64,000 bases of DNA from an uncultured bacterium (GTDB taxonomy: Bacteria > Bipolaricaulota > Bipolaricaulia > UBA7950 > UBA9294). Each line of letters begins with the position of its first letter. Within the stretch, counting starts at the first letter, position 1. Positions 27,546-37,677 of this stretch are shown one piece after another. The translations under genes were made by a program, and so were the position numbers. The stretch covers positions 12,292-76,291 of the forward strand of contig CAIOGO010000008.1 in NCBI GenBank assembly GCA_903857865.1, given 5' to 3'. The notes under the pieces are model-generated. The model saw nothing but the letters and a program-made list of their open reading frames with translations. It ran no database searches and was not told where the DNA came from.

Positions 27546-28184
27546 CTACTGTCGATACGAACCTCCTATTCCCTGTGCGCGCTCTCTTCCGCCCGTCCGG
27601 TACAAGCCACGGCTCCGAACATACGCCGCCACGCCTCGCGGAACCCACGACTCGATCGGCTCCCCACTCGCCACCCGCTCTCGCACGAACGACGACGAGA
27701 GGTCGACGGCGGCCATGTCGAGCACATGGATGGTTGCCTCATCGTACGGAGGCCCGCTGAACGACGACAACGGAATCCCCGACCGGGGCGCGACGACAAG
27801 TGGCACAGACCGCAACAGCGCTCTGTATTCCCTCCACGTGTCGATCCCCAGCAATCGGTCGGCTCCCAGGATGAAGCACAGCCCTTCTGGGCTATCATCC
27901 TTCATCGCGCGAATCGTGTCAATGGTGTAGGACGGGCCTTTGCGGTCGATTTCGATCCGCGACGCCGTGAGTCCGCGCCGGCCTCGCACGAGAAGTTGGA
28001 CCATGCGAAACCGATCCTCCTTCGTCTCCGACGGCCCGCCCTTCTGCGGAGGCACGCCGTTTGGGATGAGCACAACCCGGCTGAGCCCGCATTGTCTGAG
28101 CGCTTCCTGCGCTACGAGGAGGTGCGCGCGGTGCGGAGGGTCGAAGGTGCCGCCGAACAGACCGACTCTACGGCGCAAGGTCAA
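27546..28184 (-). CDS. nadD: nicotinate-nucleotide adenylyltransferase
   Basis: GLFGGTFDPPHRAH and SSSFVRERV motifs. Start uncertain (TTG 28184 or 28178; the listed ORF reaches 28229). Confidence 0.85.
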   Translation of the reverse strand: MTLRRRVGLFGGTFDPPHRAHLLVAQEALRQCGLSRVVLIPNGVPPQKGGPSETKEDRFRMVQLLVRGRRGLTASRIEIDRKGPSYTIDTIRAMKDDSPEGLCFILGADRLLGIDTWREYRALLRSVPLVVAPRSGIPLSSFSGPPYDEATIHVLDMAAVDLSSSFVRERVASGEPIESWVPRGVAAYVRSRGLYRTGGRERAQGIGGSYRQ

Positions 28185-29442
28185 TGCGAACCTCGCCAAT
28201 CCGCAGCGGGTCGCCGTCGTGGTAGCCAAGACGGCGAAGCTCCTTCAGCGCCCCCATCCTTTCCAGGCGATCCGCCAGGTACTCGGGCGCGTCCCGTGTG
28301 GACAGTACGAGCTTCCTGGCCGCATTCTCGACTGACCGTCCAGTGACGACGAAGCCATCCGCAGCGCGAGTTACTTCGAAGCCCGTCTCCCCTTCGTAGC
28401 CGTACACGCGACGTCGCGTCGCGGACGGCGCGATGACATCCTTTGACCTCTCCTCCTCCAATGCGCGGAAGGCACGCTGGATGAGCTCGCGCACTCCCCT
28501 CATGGTCGCCACCGAGAGGGGTAGAAGATCAACGCCGGCCGCGGCGAACGTCTCGCGCATCGCGGCGATCGCGTCCTCCTGCAGGAGATCGCACTTGTTG
28601 CCAGCGACGATCTGCGGCCGCTGCGCGAGCGCCGGGTTGAATGCCGCAAGCTCGCCATTGATGCGCGCGAGGTCCTCCAGAGGGGTGCGTCCATCCAGGG
28701 CCGCAAGATCGACGAGATGGATGAGGACCCTCGTCCGTTCGACGTGACGAAGGAATCGGTCGCCGAGTCCCCTCCCCGCGTGCGCACCGTCAATCAGTCC
28801 AGGCACGTCGACAGCGACAAACTGGTGACGCCCATCGACGTCGACGACGCCGAGATTCGGCACGAGAGTTGTGAACGGATAGTCGGCGACCTTGGCGCGC
28901 TTGCCGGAGATCGACGAGATGAGGCTTGACTTCCCGACGTTCGGATAGCCGATGATCCCCACGTCGGCGATCAGCCGTAGCTCGAGCTTCAGCGTCCGCG
29001 CCTCTCCCGGCAGTCCGCGCTCACAGAGGCGCGGCGTCGTCCGCGTAGAACTGGCGAAGCTGGAGTTGCCCCGCCCGCCCTCACCGCCTCGCGCGACAAC
29101 GACCTCGTCGCCTGGCAGCGCAAGGTCGGCGAGCGTCTCGCCCGTCCCCTCGTCGCGTACCACAGTCCCTACGGGGACATGCACGATGCGATCCTCGCCT
29201 CGTGCCCCGGCGCGGTTGTTCGCGCCTCCACTTCCGCCGGCATCGGCAGCGAAGAGCGGTCGATTCCGGAACGAGTAGAGCGTCGACATGCTGGAGGAAG
29301 CCTCGAGAACAACCACGCCACCGGCCGCGCCGTTTCCGCCGTCCGGTCCCCCGAGCGGGTTGTGACGACTGGCAAGGAAGTGAATGACGCCGCCGCCGCC
29401 GCGCCCTCCGCGAACACGAACAGTCGCCTCATCGACGAACAT
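28168..29442 (-). CDS. obgE: GTPase ObgE/CgtA
   Basis: MFVDEATVRVRGGRGGGG Obg fold, G1 GYPNVGKSS, G3 DVPGLI, G4 NKCD, C-terminal OCT domain. Confidence 0.95.
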   Translation of the reverse strand: MFVDEATVRVRGGRGGGGVIHFLASRHNPLGGPDGGNGAAGGVVVLEASSSMSTLYSFRNRPLFAADAGGSGGANNRAGARGEDRIVHVPVGTVVRDEGTGETLADLALPGDEVVVARGGEGGRGNSSFASSTRTTPRLCERGLPGEARTLKLELRLIADVGIIGYPNVGKSSLISSISGKRAKVADYPFTTLVPNLGVVDVDGRHQFVAVDVPGLIDGAHAGRGLGDRFLRHVERTRVLIHLVDLAALDGRTPLEDLARINGELAAFNPALAQRPQIVAGNKCDLLQEDAIAAMRETFAAAGVDLLPLSVATMRGVRELIQRAFRALEEERSKDVIAPSATRRRVYGYEGETGFEVTRAADGFVVTGRSVENAARKLVLSTRDAPEYLADRLERMGALKELRRLGYHDGDPLRIGEVRIDLAP

Positions 29443-29469
29443 CAGGTTGCAGAGCCTTCCTGAGGCAGC

Positions 29470-29730
29470 CTAGTCTCCTGACTCGGCAGGAAGGACATTG
29501 ACGATCGTCTTCCCGCGATTCTCGAAGTGCACGGTGCCGGACACCATGGCGAAGATCGTAAAGTCCCGGCCCAGTCCGACGTTGCGCCCTGGGTAGTACT
29601 TGGTGCCCCGTTGCCGCACGATGATCGAGCCGGCGTTGACCCATTCGCCACCGAATCGCTTCACTCCCAACCGCTGGCCTGGGCTGTCGTGCACGTTCTG
29701 CGTTGAGCCCGTACTTGTCTTGTGCGCCAT
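29470..29730 (-). CDS. rpmA: 50S ribosomal protein L27 (no N-terminal propeptide)
   Basis: [28 protein letters not shown]... Confidence 0.95.
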   Translation of the reverse strand: MAHKTSTGSTQNVHDSPGQRLGVKRFGGEWVNAGSIIVRQRGTKYYPGRNVGLGRDFTIFAMVSGTVHFENRGKTIVNVLPAESGD

Positions 29731-29739
29731 CTCTACTCC

Positions 29740-30066
29740 TTACAGAACCTCGACCCCGACCGTCTCTTCGTGCAAGGTGACGCTCTTCGCGTGGTCGCGT
29801 TCCAGTAGGCGAAACCCAACGACGAGCGTCTCGAGAATCGCGTCGAGCTCTCGGTCCAAGTGCGGGTCTCCCCGATCGACGACGAGTCTCATGTCGGTGC
29901 CGAAGGAACTCTCCACCGAGACGTGGAGGTACTCCTCCAGGCTTGTCGCCACAGCTTCCAGCAGAGTGGAGACCGTCATCCCGAGGGTCGTCACTTGGCG
30001 AATGCCGCGAACGGCAACGCCCATCACACGATTCGTGTCGTCGCGCTGCACGAGGATCTCGCCCAA
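29740..30066 (-). CDS. prp: Prp (DUF464) homologue between rplU and rpmA, catalytic dyad apparently absent
   Basis: Position and size (108 aa) match Prp. The expected GH...C motif region reads GIRQVTTLGMTVSTLLEAV (no His, no Cys). Confidence 0.65.
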   Translation of the reverse strand: MGEILVQRDDTNRVMGVAVRGIRQVTTLGMTVSTLLEAVATSLEEYLHVSVESSFGTDMRLVVDRGDPHLDRELDAILETLVVGFRLLERDHAKSVTLHEETVGVEVL

Positions 30067-30075
30067 CTCGTCTCC

Positions 30076-30399
30076 CTACCCACCGATCGACGTGATCGTC
30101 GTGGTCATGATCCCTTGCCGGTGGCCTTGCTTTCGCCGGTACCCCTTCTTGGGCTTGTACTTGAAGATGATGATCTTCTCTCCGCGCCGGGTACTGCGAA
30201 CCTCGCCCTTCACCGTGACGCCGGAGAGGTAGGGAGTTCCAACCTGGACTCCCTCTTCCGTCACCCAGAGCAGCACCTTGTCGAACTCGACCGTCTGGCC
30301 GACGTCGACGTTCGGCAGGAGTTCGTGCTCCAACTCCATGCCCTGCTCAACCCGGTACTGCCTTCCACACGTCTCGATCACTGCGTACATCGATTTCAC
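30076..30399 (-). CDS. rplU: 50S ribosomal protein L21
   Basis: MYAVIETCGRQYRV...KYKPKKGYRRKQGHRQ. Confidence 0.95.
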   Translation of the reverse strand: MKSMYAVIETCGRQYRVEQGMELEHELLPNVDVGQTVEFDKVLLWVTEEGVQVGTPYLSGVTVKGEVRSTRRGEKIIIFKYKPKKGYRRKQGHRQGIMTTTITSIGG

Positions 30400-30445
30400 C
30401 CCAATCAGGAGCAGATTCTAGCGGTACCGTCTCGACCCTGCAACA

Positions 30446-32428
30446 CTACCTCACCGCACAGCCTGGATCGACGGGCCTGTCCGGCCCAATGAGAGCCGTC
30501 GTCCTTCCCTGCGTCGCCAAGATCATGACCTCCGAGCGCACGCCGCGAATGGCCCGCGGTTCAAGGTTCGCTAGGACGACGACCGACCGCCCAACGAGCG
30601 CCTCCGCCTCGTACGATCCGCGCAGCCCGGCGACGCACGTGCGCACTCCGGTTCCAAGATCCACCGAGAGACGCCACAGCCGCTCGGCGCCTTCGACCGG
30701 CTGCACGTCGCGGACCACGCCAACCCGCAGGTCCAGTCGCTCGAAGTCCTCGTATCGAACAACGTTCGCGGAGTCCGCCGCGATCGGCTCCGACCCAGGT
30801 GCCTGCGGCCCCTGTCCCTCGATCTTCGCCCGAATCTCGGCGATATCGATTCGTTGGAGCAGAATCCGCTCGTCGCGGAGCTTGCGGCCCCCCACGGGAG
30901 TGTCCACGTCCTCCCAGCGCGGCCGCTCGAATCCGAGAACGCGCAGCACCCCGCCAGCGAAGCCGGGAACGTAGGGCAGGAAGAGGATGGCGAGCGTCTT
31001 CGCAATCTCGACGCCTCCAGCCACCGCCGTCGCGTCGTTCGTCGACCACGCCTTCTTTCGCTGCACGTACTCATTGCCGAACACGGCCAAGTCGCACGCT
31101 GCGCGCAACGCTTGTCCGAGCATCCCCTGGTCGATCGCCGTCTCGTACGCCGCCACCACCGCGGCGATCCGCGCCGCAACTTCGGCGTCGGCCGCCGCCG
31201 TCGGAACGACCCCCTCGAACCGCGACTGAACGAACGCGACGACACGGTTGATGAGGTTGGCGACGTTCGATATCAGAATACCGTTGACCGCCTTCTCCAA
31301 CTCCTCCCACGAGAAGTCCACATCCCGCGCCTCGGGTCGGTTGTAGAGCAGGTAGAACCGCCACAACTCGGCATCCATCACCCGCAGCGCATCGTCGCAG
31401 TAGAGACCCACGCCGCGCGTCTTCGAGAAACTCTCCCCGCCGATCCAGTTGAGGTACTCCGTCGCGGCAATCTGATCCGGTAGGTGATAGCCGCCGTTCG
31501 TCGCGGAGAGCAGCGCCGGGAGGATGAGCGAGTGGAACGTGATGTTGTCCTTGCCCATGGTGTAGATCTGATGGACGTCGTCGCCGAACCAGTACCCCCG
31601 CCACTCGCTCCCGCCGCGGAAGTGCTCGATGACGGCCGAGACGTACCCGAGCACCGCCTCGCCCCACACGTAGATGACTTTCCCCTCCGCGCCGTGGAAC
31701 GGTGCGGGGATTCCCCAGTCGATGTCGCGCGTGATGGCCCGCGGGCGCAGCCCGTCGTCGATCATCTGCTGCGTGAACCAGCGCACGTTGCCCTGGAACC
31801 CGCGCGCGGCCACGTACTCGCGCAGAGCAAGGCACAGCTTCGGCAGGTCGAGATACCAATGCCTCGTCCCGCGGAACTCGATCTCCCGCCGACCGCAGAA
31901 GCTGCACACCGGGTTGATCAGCTCCTCGGGCTCAAGCATCGTCCCGCACGCGTCGCACTGATCTCCCAGTGCGTGCCCCGATCCGCAGCGCGGACACGTT
32001 CCGCTGATCAGCCGATCGGCAAGGAACCGCTTGCAGTCCCGGCAGTAGGCGCGGAGCTCCTCCTCCGTGCGGATGTAGCCGTTCTCTTCCATCCGCAGGT
32101 ACGCGTCACGTACGAACGCCGTGTGCGTCTCCGACATGGTCGTCGAGTAGTTGTCGAAGACGATTCCGAACGCGTCGAGGATTCTCTTGATGCCTTCATG
32201 GTTACGCGTCGCCAGCTCGATCGGCGTGACCCCCGCCTTTCGCGCTTCGAACTCGATCCGCGTCCCGTGCGCGTCGGACCCAGAGACATAGAGGACCTCC
32301 CGCCCGCGCAGACGGTAGTAGCGCGCGAAGACGTCGCCCGACAAGAGCGAGCTCACAAGGTTCCCGAGATGCGGAAGCCCGGAAGCATACGGCCAGGCGC
32401 TACAGACGAGCACTCTTCGCTTGTCCAC
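30446..32428 (-). CDS. metG: methionine--tRNA ligase with C-terminal tRNA-binding (Trbp111/EMAP-like) domain
   Basis: HLGN (HIGH-type) motif, zinc knuckles CPRCGS...CDACG, KFSKT (KMSKS-type) motif. C-terminal LDLRVGVV...ERLWRLSVDLG OB fold. Confidence 0.95.
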   Translation of the reverse strand: MDKRRVLVCSAWPYASGLPHLGNLVSSLLSGDVFARYYRLRGREVLYVSGSDAHGTRIEFEARKAGVTPIELATRNHEGIKRILDAFGIVFDNYSTTMSETHTAFVRDAYLRMEENGYIRTEEELRAYCRDCKRFLADRLISGTCPRCGSGHALGDQCDACGTMLEPEELINPVCSFCGRREIEFRGTRHWYLDLPKLCLALREYVAARGFQGNVRWFTQQMIDDGLRPRAITRDIDWGIPAPFHGAEGKVIYVWGEAVLGYVSAVIEHFRGGSEWRGYWFGDDVHQIYTMGKDNITFHSLILPALLSATNGGYHLPDQIAATEYLNWIGGESFSKTRGVGLYCDDALRVMDAELWRFYLLYNRPEARDVDFSWEELEKAVNGILISNVANLINRVVAFVQSRFEGVVPTAAADAEVAARIAAVVAAYETAIDQGMLGQALRAACDLAVFGNEYVQRKKAWSTNDATAVAGGVEIAKTLAILFLPYVPGFAGGVLRVLGFERPRWEDVDTPVGGRKLRDERILLQRIDIAEIRAKIEGQGPQAPGSEPIAADSANVVRYEDFERLDLRVGVVRDVQPVEGAERLWRLSVDLGTGVRTCVAGLRGSYEAEALVGRSVVVLANLEPRAIRGVRSEVMILATQGRTTALIGPDRPVDPGCAVR

Positions 32429-32543
32429 AGAAAGGTTCCCCCTTGCGTGCAGGTCGAGGCGCGATTATAGCGGCCGGATGAGTTGCGGCAAAGGGTGGCG
32501 GGGTTGCGTTCCCGATCCGACCGAGGTATACCTCGATCTCATC

Positions 32544-32855
32544 ATGAACAAGAAAGGGCCTGCGGTGCCGGTGGACGAAGGCACGGTGACGATTCGCGTC
32601 TTTGGGGGATTGCGCGAGCTGACCGGGCGCGCCCCTCTCGCGGTCCCCGTGCGCCAGGCCTCAACGGTCACCGCGCTTCTTTCGTTCCTCGATCGCGAGC
32701 ACGCCAAGCTCGCCGAGGCCTTGCGCAACGGGATTCGCGACGGCTACCTCAACATCCTCGTCAACGGACGCAACGTCCGATTCCTCTCCGAGGGCACAAC
32801 GCCCCTCGCGGACGGCGACACGGTCGCCTTCCTCCCCCCGATCGGCGGCGGGTAG
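32544..32855 (+). CDS. MoaD/ThiS-family ubiquitin-like sulfur carrier (C-terminal GG)
   Basis: VTIRVFGGLRELTG ... DGDTVAFLPPIGGG. Confidence 0.7.
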   Translation: MNKKGPAVPVDEGTVTIRVFGGLRELTGRAPLAVPVRQASTVTALLSFLDREHAKLAEALRNGIRDGYLNILVNGRNVRFLSEGTTPLADGDTVAFLPPIGGG

Positions 32856-32863
32856 GCGACCGG

Positions 32864-35800
32864 CTAGAAGTCGACGGCGACGGTGAGCTCTGCGACCAGC
32901 CCGTGGAAGGCATCGACCGAGGTCTTGATCCCCCCACGATACGCGAGCCCGAGCGAGAGGCTCCACGTCGAGGAGAGCATGACGTCGGTCGAGACTCCCA
33001 CCTGCCAGTTCGCGCTGTCCTTAGCGCTTTCCCGGCGCCAATCCCCCGCGAGATCGGCGCGCAAGACCACCGCGGGGGTTCCCGCAGCCCCGGCGTCTCG
33101 GAGTGCCGGGATCCATGCCGCCAAGACGCTCGTCACGTCTTGCGAGTAGGAGTTGTCGAGCGTCATGTTCATCGATCCGGAATCCTGGAACCGCCCCGTG
33201 ATGGCGAGCGATTCCGACGAGCCGTCCGCACCGGACCACGTGAGCCGACCGTTCACGGAGTGCGTCATCGAGGCCTTCGAACCCTGCCCTTCGACTCGCG
33301 TCACGCTTCGCGCCCCGGTGTAGCTCAACGAAGGCCGCAGCCCCACAATTCCCGAGTAGCTTACGGTGGACGTCAGCTTCTCGGACCACCGCTCGACGGC
33401 CGTCCCAAGGCCGGACACGTCCATCGACGCCACCGTCCGCGTCGTCCACTCGTCCGCCCCGACCCGTACACTGAGCCGTCCCGACAACGCCGTGGCCCCC
33501 TTCTCATGCCCTCCCTCGAGGTTGAACGTCGGCGCCACCGTCCACGCCCCAAGGTCGAACGCGGTCGTGCTGACACCAAGCGTGGCCTTGTGGGCAAAGG
33601 AGGCGGCTGCCGCGGAGAGCGACCGCGACGAGTCGAGCTCGTACGTGCCGGACATCCCCATTCCCAGCGCATCGAGCGACGCCTGCGTGTTCCACGTCCA
33701 GCTCTCGCTGCCCGTCGCTCCCGCGCTGGTGATGCGGACCGGGCGTTGCCAGGAGAACGACGTCCGCACGTCCGGGAGCACGTCGAGGGAGACGTTCGCC
33801 GAGAGCTGCGTCTCGCGCCGCAGCGGTCGTCCAGCATCCCAATAGAAATCCTCTCCCCACGCGATCGACAGGCTGAGCGCATCGTCGAAGAGTTGATGAT
33901 CTACGCCAACATCGTACGAGAGGTCGCGCGATTCGAACCCACGCTCGGCCGCGGCGGTATCCTCGGCCTGGTAGTCGATGACGAGCGAGATCTGAGGGCC
34001 GAACGAGCCTTGGAGTGCGACTCGGCTATCGACCGTCGTTTGGGCATCGTCGGAGTCGATGTCGGACATCTCGTAGCTGTGGTCGAAGGAGATCGTTGCC
34101 GCGGGTCCCACCTCGATCTCCGACGCCACCGACCACCCCCCGGTGTTGTCCCGGCCGCTCGCGTCGATGGCGCGGAACCCCGGAAGGACACGATCCACGC
34201 TCCCGGTGATCGAGAACCCATCGCCCTCATGGTCGAAGGATCCGTGCGCCATCCAGCCGGAGTTCGAGTGCTCCTTGGGCACCGAGTCGGCGTACACGTG
34301 GGGATTCCATGGATCGATCGTCGTCGTCGCCGCGCCGTAGACAACGTCCGCGTCTCCCCGGCGCCACACGAGCAGCTCTCCGTCAAGATTCCCCGCGGAT
34401 GCGACCCACAACGCGCCATCTCCGTAGCGGATCGCGGTGATCGTCCACTCGCCGTAGACGACACTGCCGTCGGAGACGCGCGTCAGCCCCCCCTCGCTGC
34501 CGTAGAAGACATCGCCGTCCGCGCTCTCGACCGCGAGGACGGCCTCCCCGAAGGTGATCCAGCCGGTGCTCGCCCCGCCGGCGAACGTCTGTAGGCCCGA
34601 TTCGCCCGCGGCGTACAGCGTCTCCCCGTCGCTCGCGAGGTCGTTGACCGCCGATCCTGTGCCGCCCACCGGCGAGGCCGCGCCCGTCGACATGTCGACG
34701 CGGACCAGGCCGTCTGTTGTGCCAGCGTAGAGTTCGCCGTCGTGCACGCAGAGCGCCCGAATGCCCTCCAAGAGAGGATCTTGGTACGCGGCCCAAGCCT
34801 CCGGATCGGCCAACTCGTCCACTCCGACGCGGAAGAGGCCGTCGTCCGTCCCGATCCAGAGTGCGTCGTCCACCACAAGCAGGGCGTGCACCGAGACTTC
34901 GAGGAGCCCTTCGTACTCCCCGTAGCTGGACCAGTTCGCTACCTTGTCGAGCGGCGCGACGCCCGTCAGCTGCAGCACGGTCAGCCCGCCTTCGGTTCCG
35001 AAGTAGGCCCGATCGCCATCGATGACGATCGCCCGCACCTCTCGCCCCGACAGGCCGTTCGCGGTGCCGTACGATCGCCAGGTGCCGTCGCTGTACGCGA
35101 CGAATCCCCCGTCGTTCCCGACGAAGGTGTAGTCGTCCGCGACGGCGATCGCATGGACGCGGTTCGGCACCCGCTCCCGCGCGTTGTCGTCGTAGGGGAA
35201 GAGATCGTTCGTGTAGCCCACGTCGAAGTCGGCGTCCAAGTCGGGAAGGGAGATGGTCCCGCTCAATCCGACCACGGTCTGCTCGTTCGGCATGACCTTC
35301 ACGCTCTCCGGGTCTGCCACGGACCCCCGTTCATCCGCGCCGCGAAGCAGATACGCGTCGACCGAGATCGTCTCGCCAAGGGGCACGCTGGCCGTCGCGC
35401 CGTAGAACCCTCGCGTATAGGCCCCTGATCCGCCGCTGTATCGCTCGAACTCCACATCGAGAGAGTCGCTCGGCCCGATCTCGACGAGCAGACCGAGCAT
35501 GCCGATCTCGTAGTCGATCACGTACTCGACATCGCGCGTCAGCACGCGGCCTGCCATCGTCACACGCTCGCTCGCCGGGATGACGGCGGCTCCGAGCAGG
35601 TACGTGCCCCCCGTGACCGCGTACGAAAACGAGACCTGCAGCTGGGCCTCGGCGTCGAGGAAGAAACTGTCGGGAAACGCCACCTCCAGGATCCCCTGAT
35701 CTGCATACACGGTAGTTGCGTAGCCTTCGAGCGCCAGATCGTCCGTCAAAACGAACTCGTCGCCCCCGACGCTCACGGCGACGGAGACCGAGTCCTCCTC

Positions 35801-36799
35801 GATCTTCGTCCGCCCCAAGTCATAGAACCTGCGCCAGCGAAGATCGCTGAGACGGTGCTCCTCGTCGCCGACAGCGAGCACGGCGAATGCCTTGACAGCC
35901 GTCAGGAACTCATCCTCCACGTCGCTCCCCACGACGAACGGGTACGACAGGGTCGACTCCTCGTCGCTCTGGTTGTAGGTTCGGATGGCCTCGCGAATGG
36001 CGTTGCGCACGAGGTTGGTCGGCCTGATCTCAAGGAGAAACGACTGAGATGTCTCCCCGACCACGACGAACTCGTACTCGTCCAGTGTCCTCCCGGCGAA
36101 CGCCGACAAAGCCACTCCGAGCTCGCTCACGCCGTACCGTTCCAGGACACTCGAGAGCTCGGCCGACGCCTCGAGGCGCAACTGGACCTCCGTGAAGCCG
36201 TCGACAAACAGACCCTGTAGCTCGAAGAAACCGAGTCCCGCGAGACTCGACGCGTAAGAGACGTCTTCATCCCCCTCGTTGCCGGCGAACAGACTCTCGT
36301 CGAGCGCCGTCTCGCCGATGAAGCTTCGCGAATCCTGTACCCCCGAAAGGCGCGACGCCATTCCGGCAACGGATCCGCCATCCCACGAGAAGTCGAGCCT
36401 CGCGCCCTTCATCGTGAGGCTGCCGCCAAAGAAGCTCCCCATGCTCGGAGCCGTGAAGTCGCCGAGAACGCCGTGCAGGTTGTCCATGTCCAGGTTGAGC
36501 GAGAGGGACTGGAGGTCGGAAGATTCCTGATCGTCGAAGTGCCCCTCCACGCGGAAGATCGACAGCGCCGTGGCGGTGAAGTCGACGGCCATCGTTTGGT
36601 CGAGCGTCAGTTGGCCCGTCCCGATCGACGCGCCGGCCAGGGCGAGCGCGTCGCCAAAGCCGTACCGCACCGTCCACGTCTTGCGCCCATCAAGTTCCAC
36701 CTTCCAGGACTCCTGGGACGGCGTTTGCTGGCCCGACACGACCGTCCCAACGACCGCGGCGAGGAGCGCCGCCGCAACCCACAGGCTCGTCTTGTTCAT
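32864..36799 (-). CDS. giant (1311 aa) secreted protein: central beta-propeller-like repeats plus probable C-terminal outer-membrane beta-barrel
   Basis: Signal peptide MNKTSLWVAAALLAAVVGTVVSG. Reg_prop-like repeats (GGLTVLQ, LWIGTDDGLFRV, LYAGTTDGLVRV). Alternating-hydrophobic C-terminal third ends in ...VAVDF (terminal Phe). Confidence 0.65.
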   Translation of the reverse strand: MNKTSLWVAAALLAAVVGTVVSGQQTPSQESWKVELDGRKTWTVRYGFGDALALAGASIGTGQLTLDQTMAVDFTATALSIFRVEGHFDDQESSDLQSLSLNLDMDNLHGVLGDFTAPSMGSFFGGSLTMKGARLDFSWDGGSVAGMASRLSGVQDSRSFIGETALDESLFAGNEGDEDVSYASSLAGLGFFELQGLFVDGFTEVQLRLEASAELSSVLERYGVSELGVALSAFAGRTLDEYEFVVVGETSQSFLLEIRPTNLVRNAIREAIRTYNQSDEESTLSYPFVVGSDVEDEFLTAVKAFAVLAVGDEEHRLSDLRWRRFYDLGRTKIEEDSVSVAVSVGGDEFVLTDDLALEGYATTVYADQGILEVAFPDSFFLDAEAQLQVSFSYAVTGGTYLLGAAVIPASERVTMAGRVLTRDVEYVIDYEIGMLGLLVEIGPSDSLDVEFERYSGGSGAYTRGFYGATASVPLGETISVDAYLLRGADERGSVADPESVKVMPNEQTVVGLSGTISLPDLDADFDVGYTNDLFPYDDNARERVPNRVHAIAVADDYTFVGNDGGFVAYSDGTWRSYGTANGLSGREVRAIVIDGDRAYFGTEGGLTVLQLTGVAPLDKVANWSSYGEYEGLLEVSVHALLVVDDALWIGTDDGLFRVGVDELADPEAWAAYQDPLLEGIRALCVHDGELYAGTTDGLVRVDMSTGAASPVGGTGSAVNDLASDGETLYAAGESGLQTFAGGASTGWITFGEAVLAVESADGDVFYGSEGGLTRVSDGSVVYGEWTITAIRYGDGALWVASAGNLDGELLVWRRGDADVVYGAATTTIDPWNPHVYADSVPKEHSNSGWMAHGSFDHEGDGFSITGSVDRVLPGFRAIDASGRDNTGGWSVASEIEVGPAATISFDHSYEMSDIDSDDAQTTVDSRVALQGSFGPQISLVIDYQAEDTAAAERGFESRDLSYDVGVDHQLFDDALSLSIAWGEDFYWDAGRPLRRETQLSANVSLDVLPDVRTSFSWQRPVRITSAGATGSESWTWNTQASLDALGMGMSGTYELDSSRSLSAAAASFAHKATLGVSTTAFDLGAWTVAPTFNLEGGHEKGATALSGRLSVRVGADEWTTRTVASMDVSGLGTAVERWSEKLTSTVSYSGIVGLRPSLSYTGARSVTRVEGQGSKASMTHSVNGRLTWSGADGSSESLAITGRFQDSGSMNMTLDNSYSQDVTSVLAAWIPALRDAGAAGTPAVVLRADLAGDWRRESAKDSANWQVGVSTDVMLSSTWSLSLGLAYRGGIKTSVDAFHGLVAELTVAVDF

Positions 36800-36814
36800 C
36801 TCGTCTCCACTCTT

Positions 36815-37666
36815 CTAGAAGAGAACCTCGAGCGATACACGATGACTCATCCCTAGGTCGGATCGAGCCGAGCACGACCAATCCAACTCGATGCCGGAGA
36901 CCCGCACAGAGAGCCCGAACGTCGGCCCCTGCCCGTCCCAGCCGAGCCGAGCGGCCAGAGCGCCCACCCAGGCTTCCACCCCCCCGACGACGCGCAGAGG
37001 GGCGACAAGAATCCCGCTCACGTCTGCCGTCACGGTCCATGTCAAGCTCTCGAACGGCGACAGCGTCACCGCCGCGCCAACGCGCAGGTCGGAGTCCCAC
37101 GCTTCGGTCTCCCCCTCATCATAGGTCATCGGCGACGATGCCACCGCATCCCACACCGCGCCGACGCGCACGGCCTCGAGATCGAGAAGCAGGGCCGCAT
37201 CGAGAGCCCACCCGTGCCCCGAGAACGGCGTCGCCGTTCGCAAGAACCGCCAGCGCGCTCCCACCGAGACGGGACCGATCGGAACCCCCACCGCCCCGAC
37301 GAGGCATTGCTCCGTGAAGCGGAAACCGGACACGTCCGGACCGATCCACCCCGAATCGACGAACGCCGCCGCCATGCCCACGTACGGGGCCGAGAATGCC
37401 AACGCGCCGTAGCTGACGCCGCCGAACTGGTCGACGTAGAGCGACGCAACGCCCATCTCGCGCACCCACCCGAGCGCCGCCGGGTTGAGCGTCGATGCAG
37501 CCGCGCCGTCGGAAAGCGCCGCCGTCGCCCCGCCGAGGCCGAGCGATCGCGCCGACACGCCGAGCCGGAACAGCGCTCCTACGCCCTCCTCGGCGCCCGC
37601 GCGACCCGCGCCCAGCGACAGACACAGGAGGAGTCCCACGATTCCGCAAGCCCGCGAGGCGCTCAT
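36815..37666 (-). CDS. outer-membrane beta-barrel protein, PorV/UPF0164-like
   Basis: Signal peptide MSASRACGIVGLLLCLSLGAGRAGA. ARSLGLGGATAALSDGAAASTLNPAAL motif. Ends ...VSLEVLF. The ORF extension to 37999 is translated repeat DNA. Confidence 0.6.
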   Translation of the reverse strand: MSASRACGIVGLLLCLSLGAGRAGAEEGVGALFRLGVSARSLGLGGATAALSDGAAASTLNPAALGWVREMGVASLYVDQFGGVSYGALAFSAPYVGMAAAFVDSGWIGPDVSGFRFTEQCLVGAVGVPIGPVSVGARWRFLRTATPFSGHGWALDAALLLDLEAVRVGAVWDAVASSPMTYDEGETEAWDSDLRVGAAVTLSPFESLTWTVTADVSGILVAPLRVVGGVEAWVGALAARLGWDGQGPTFGLSVRVSGIELDWSCSARSDLGMSHRVSLEVLF

Positions 37667-37677
37667 GGGGCCACCAC

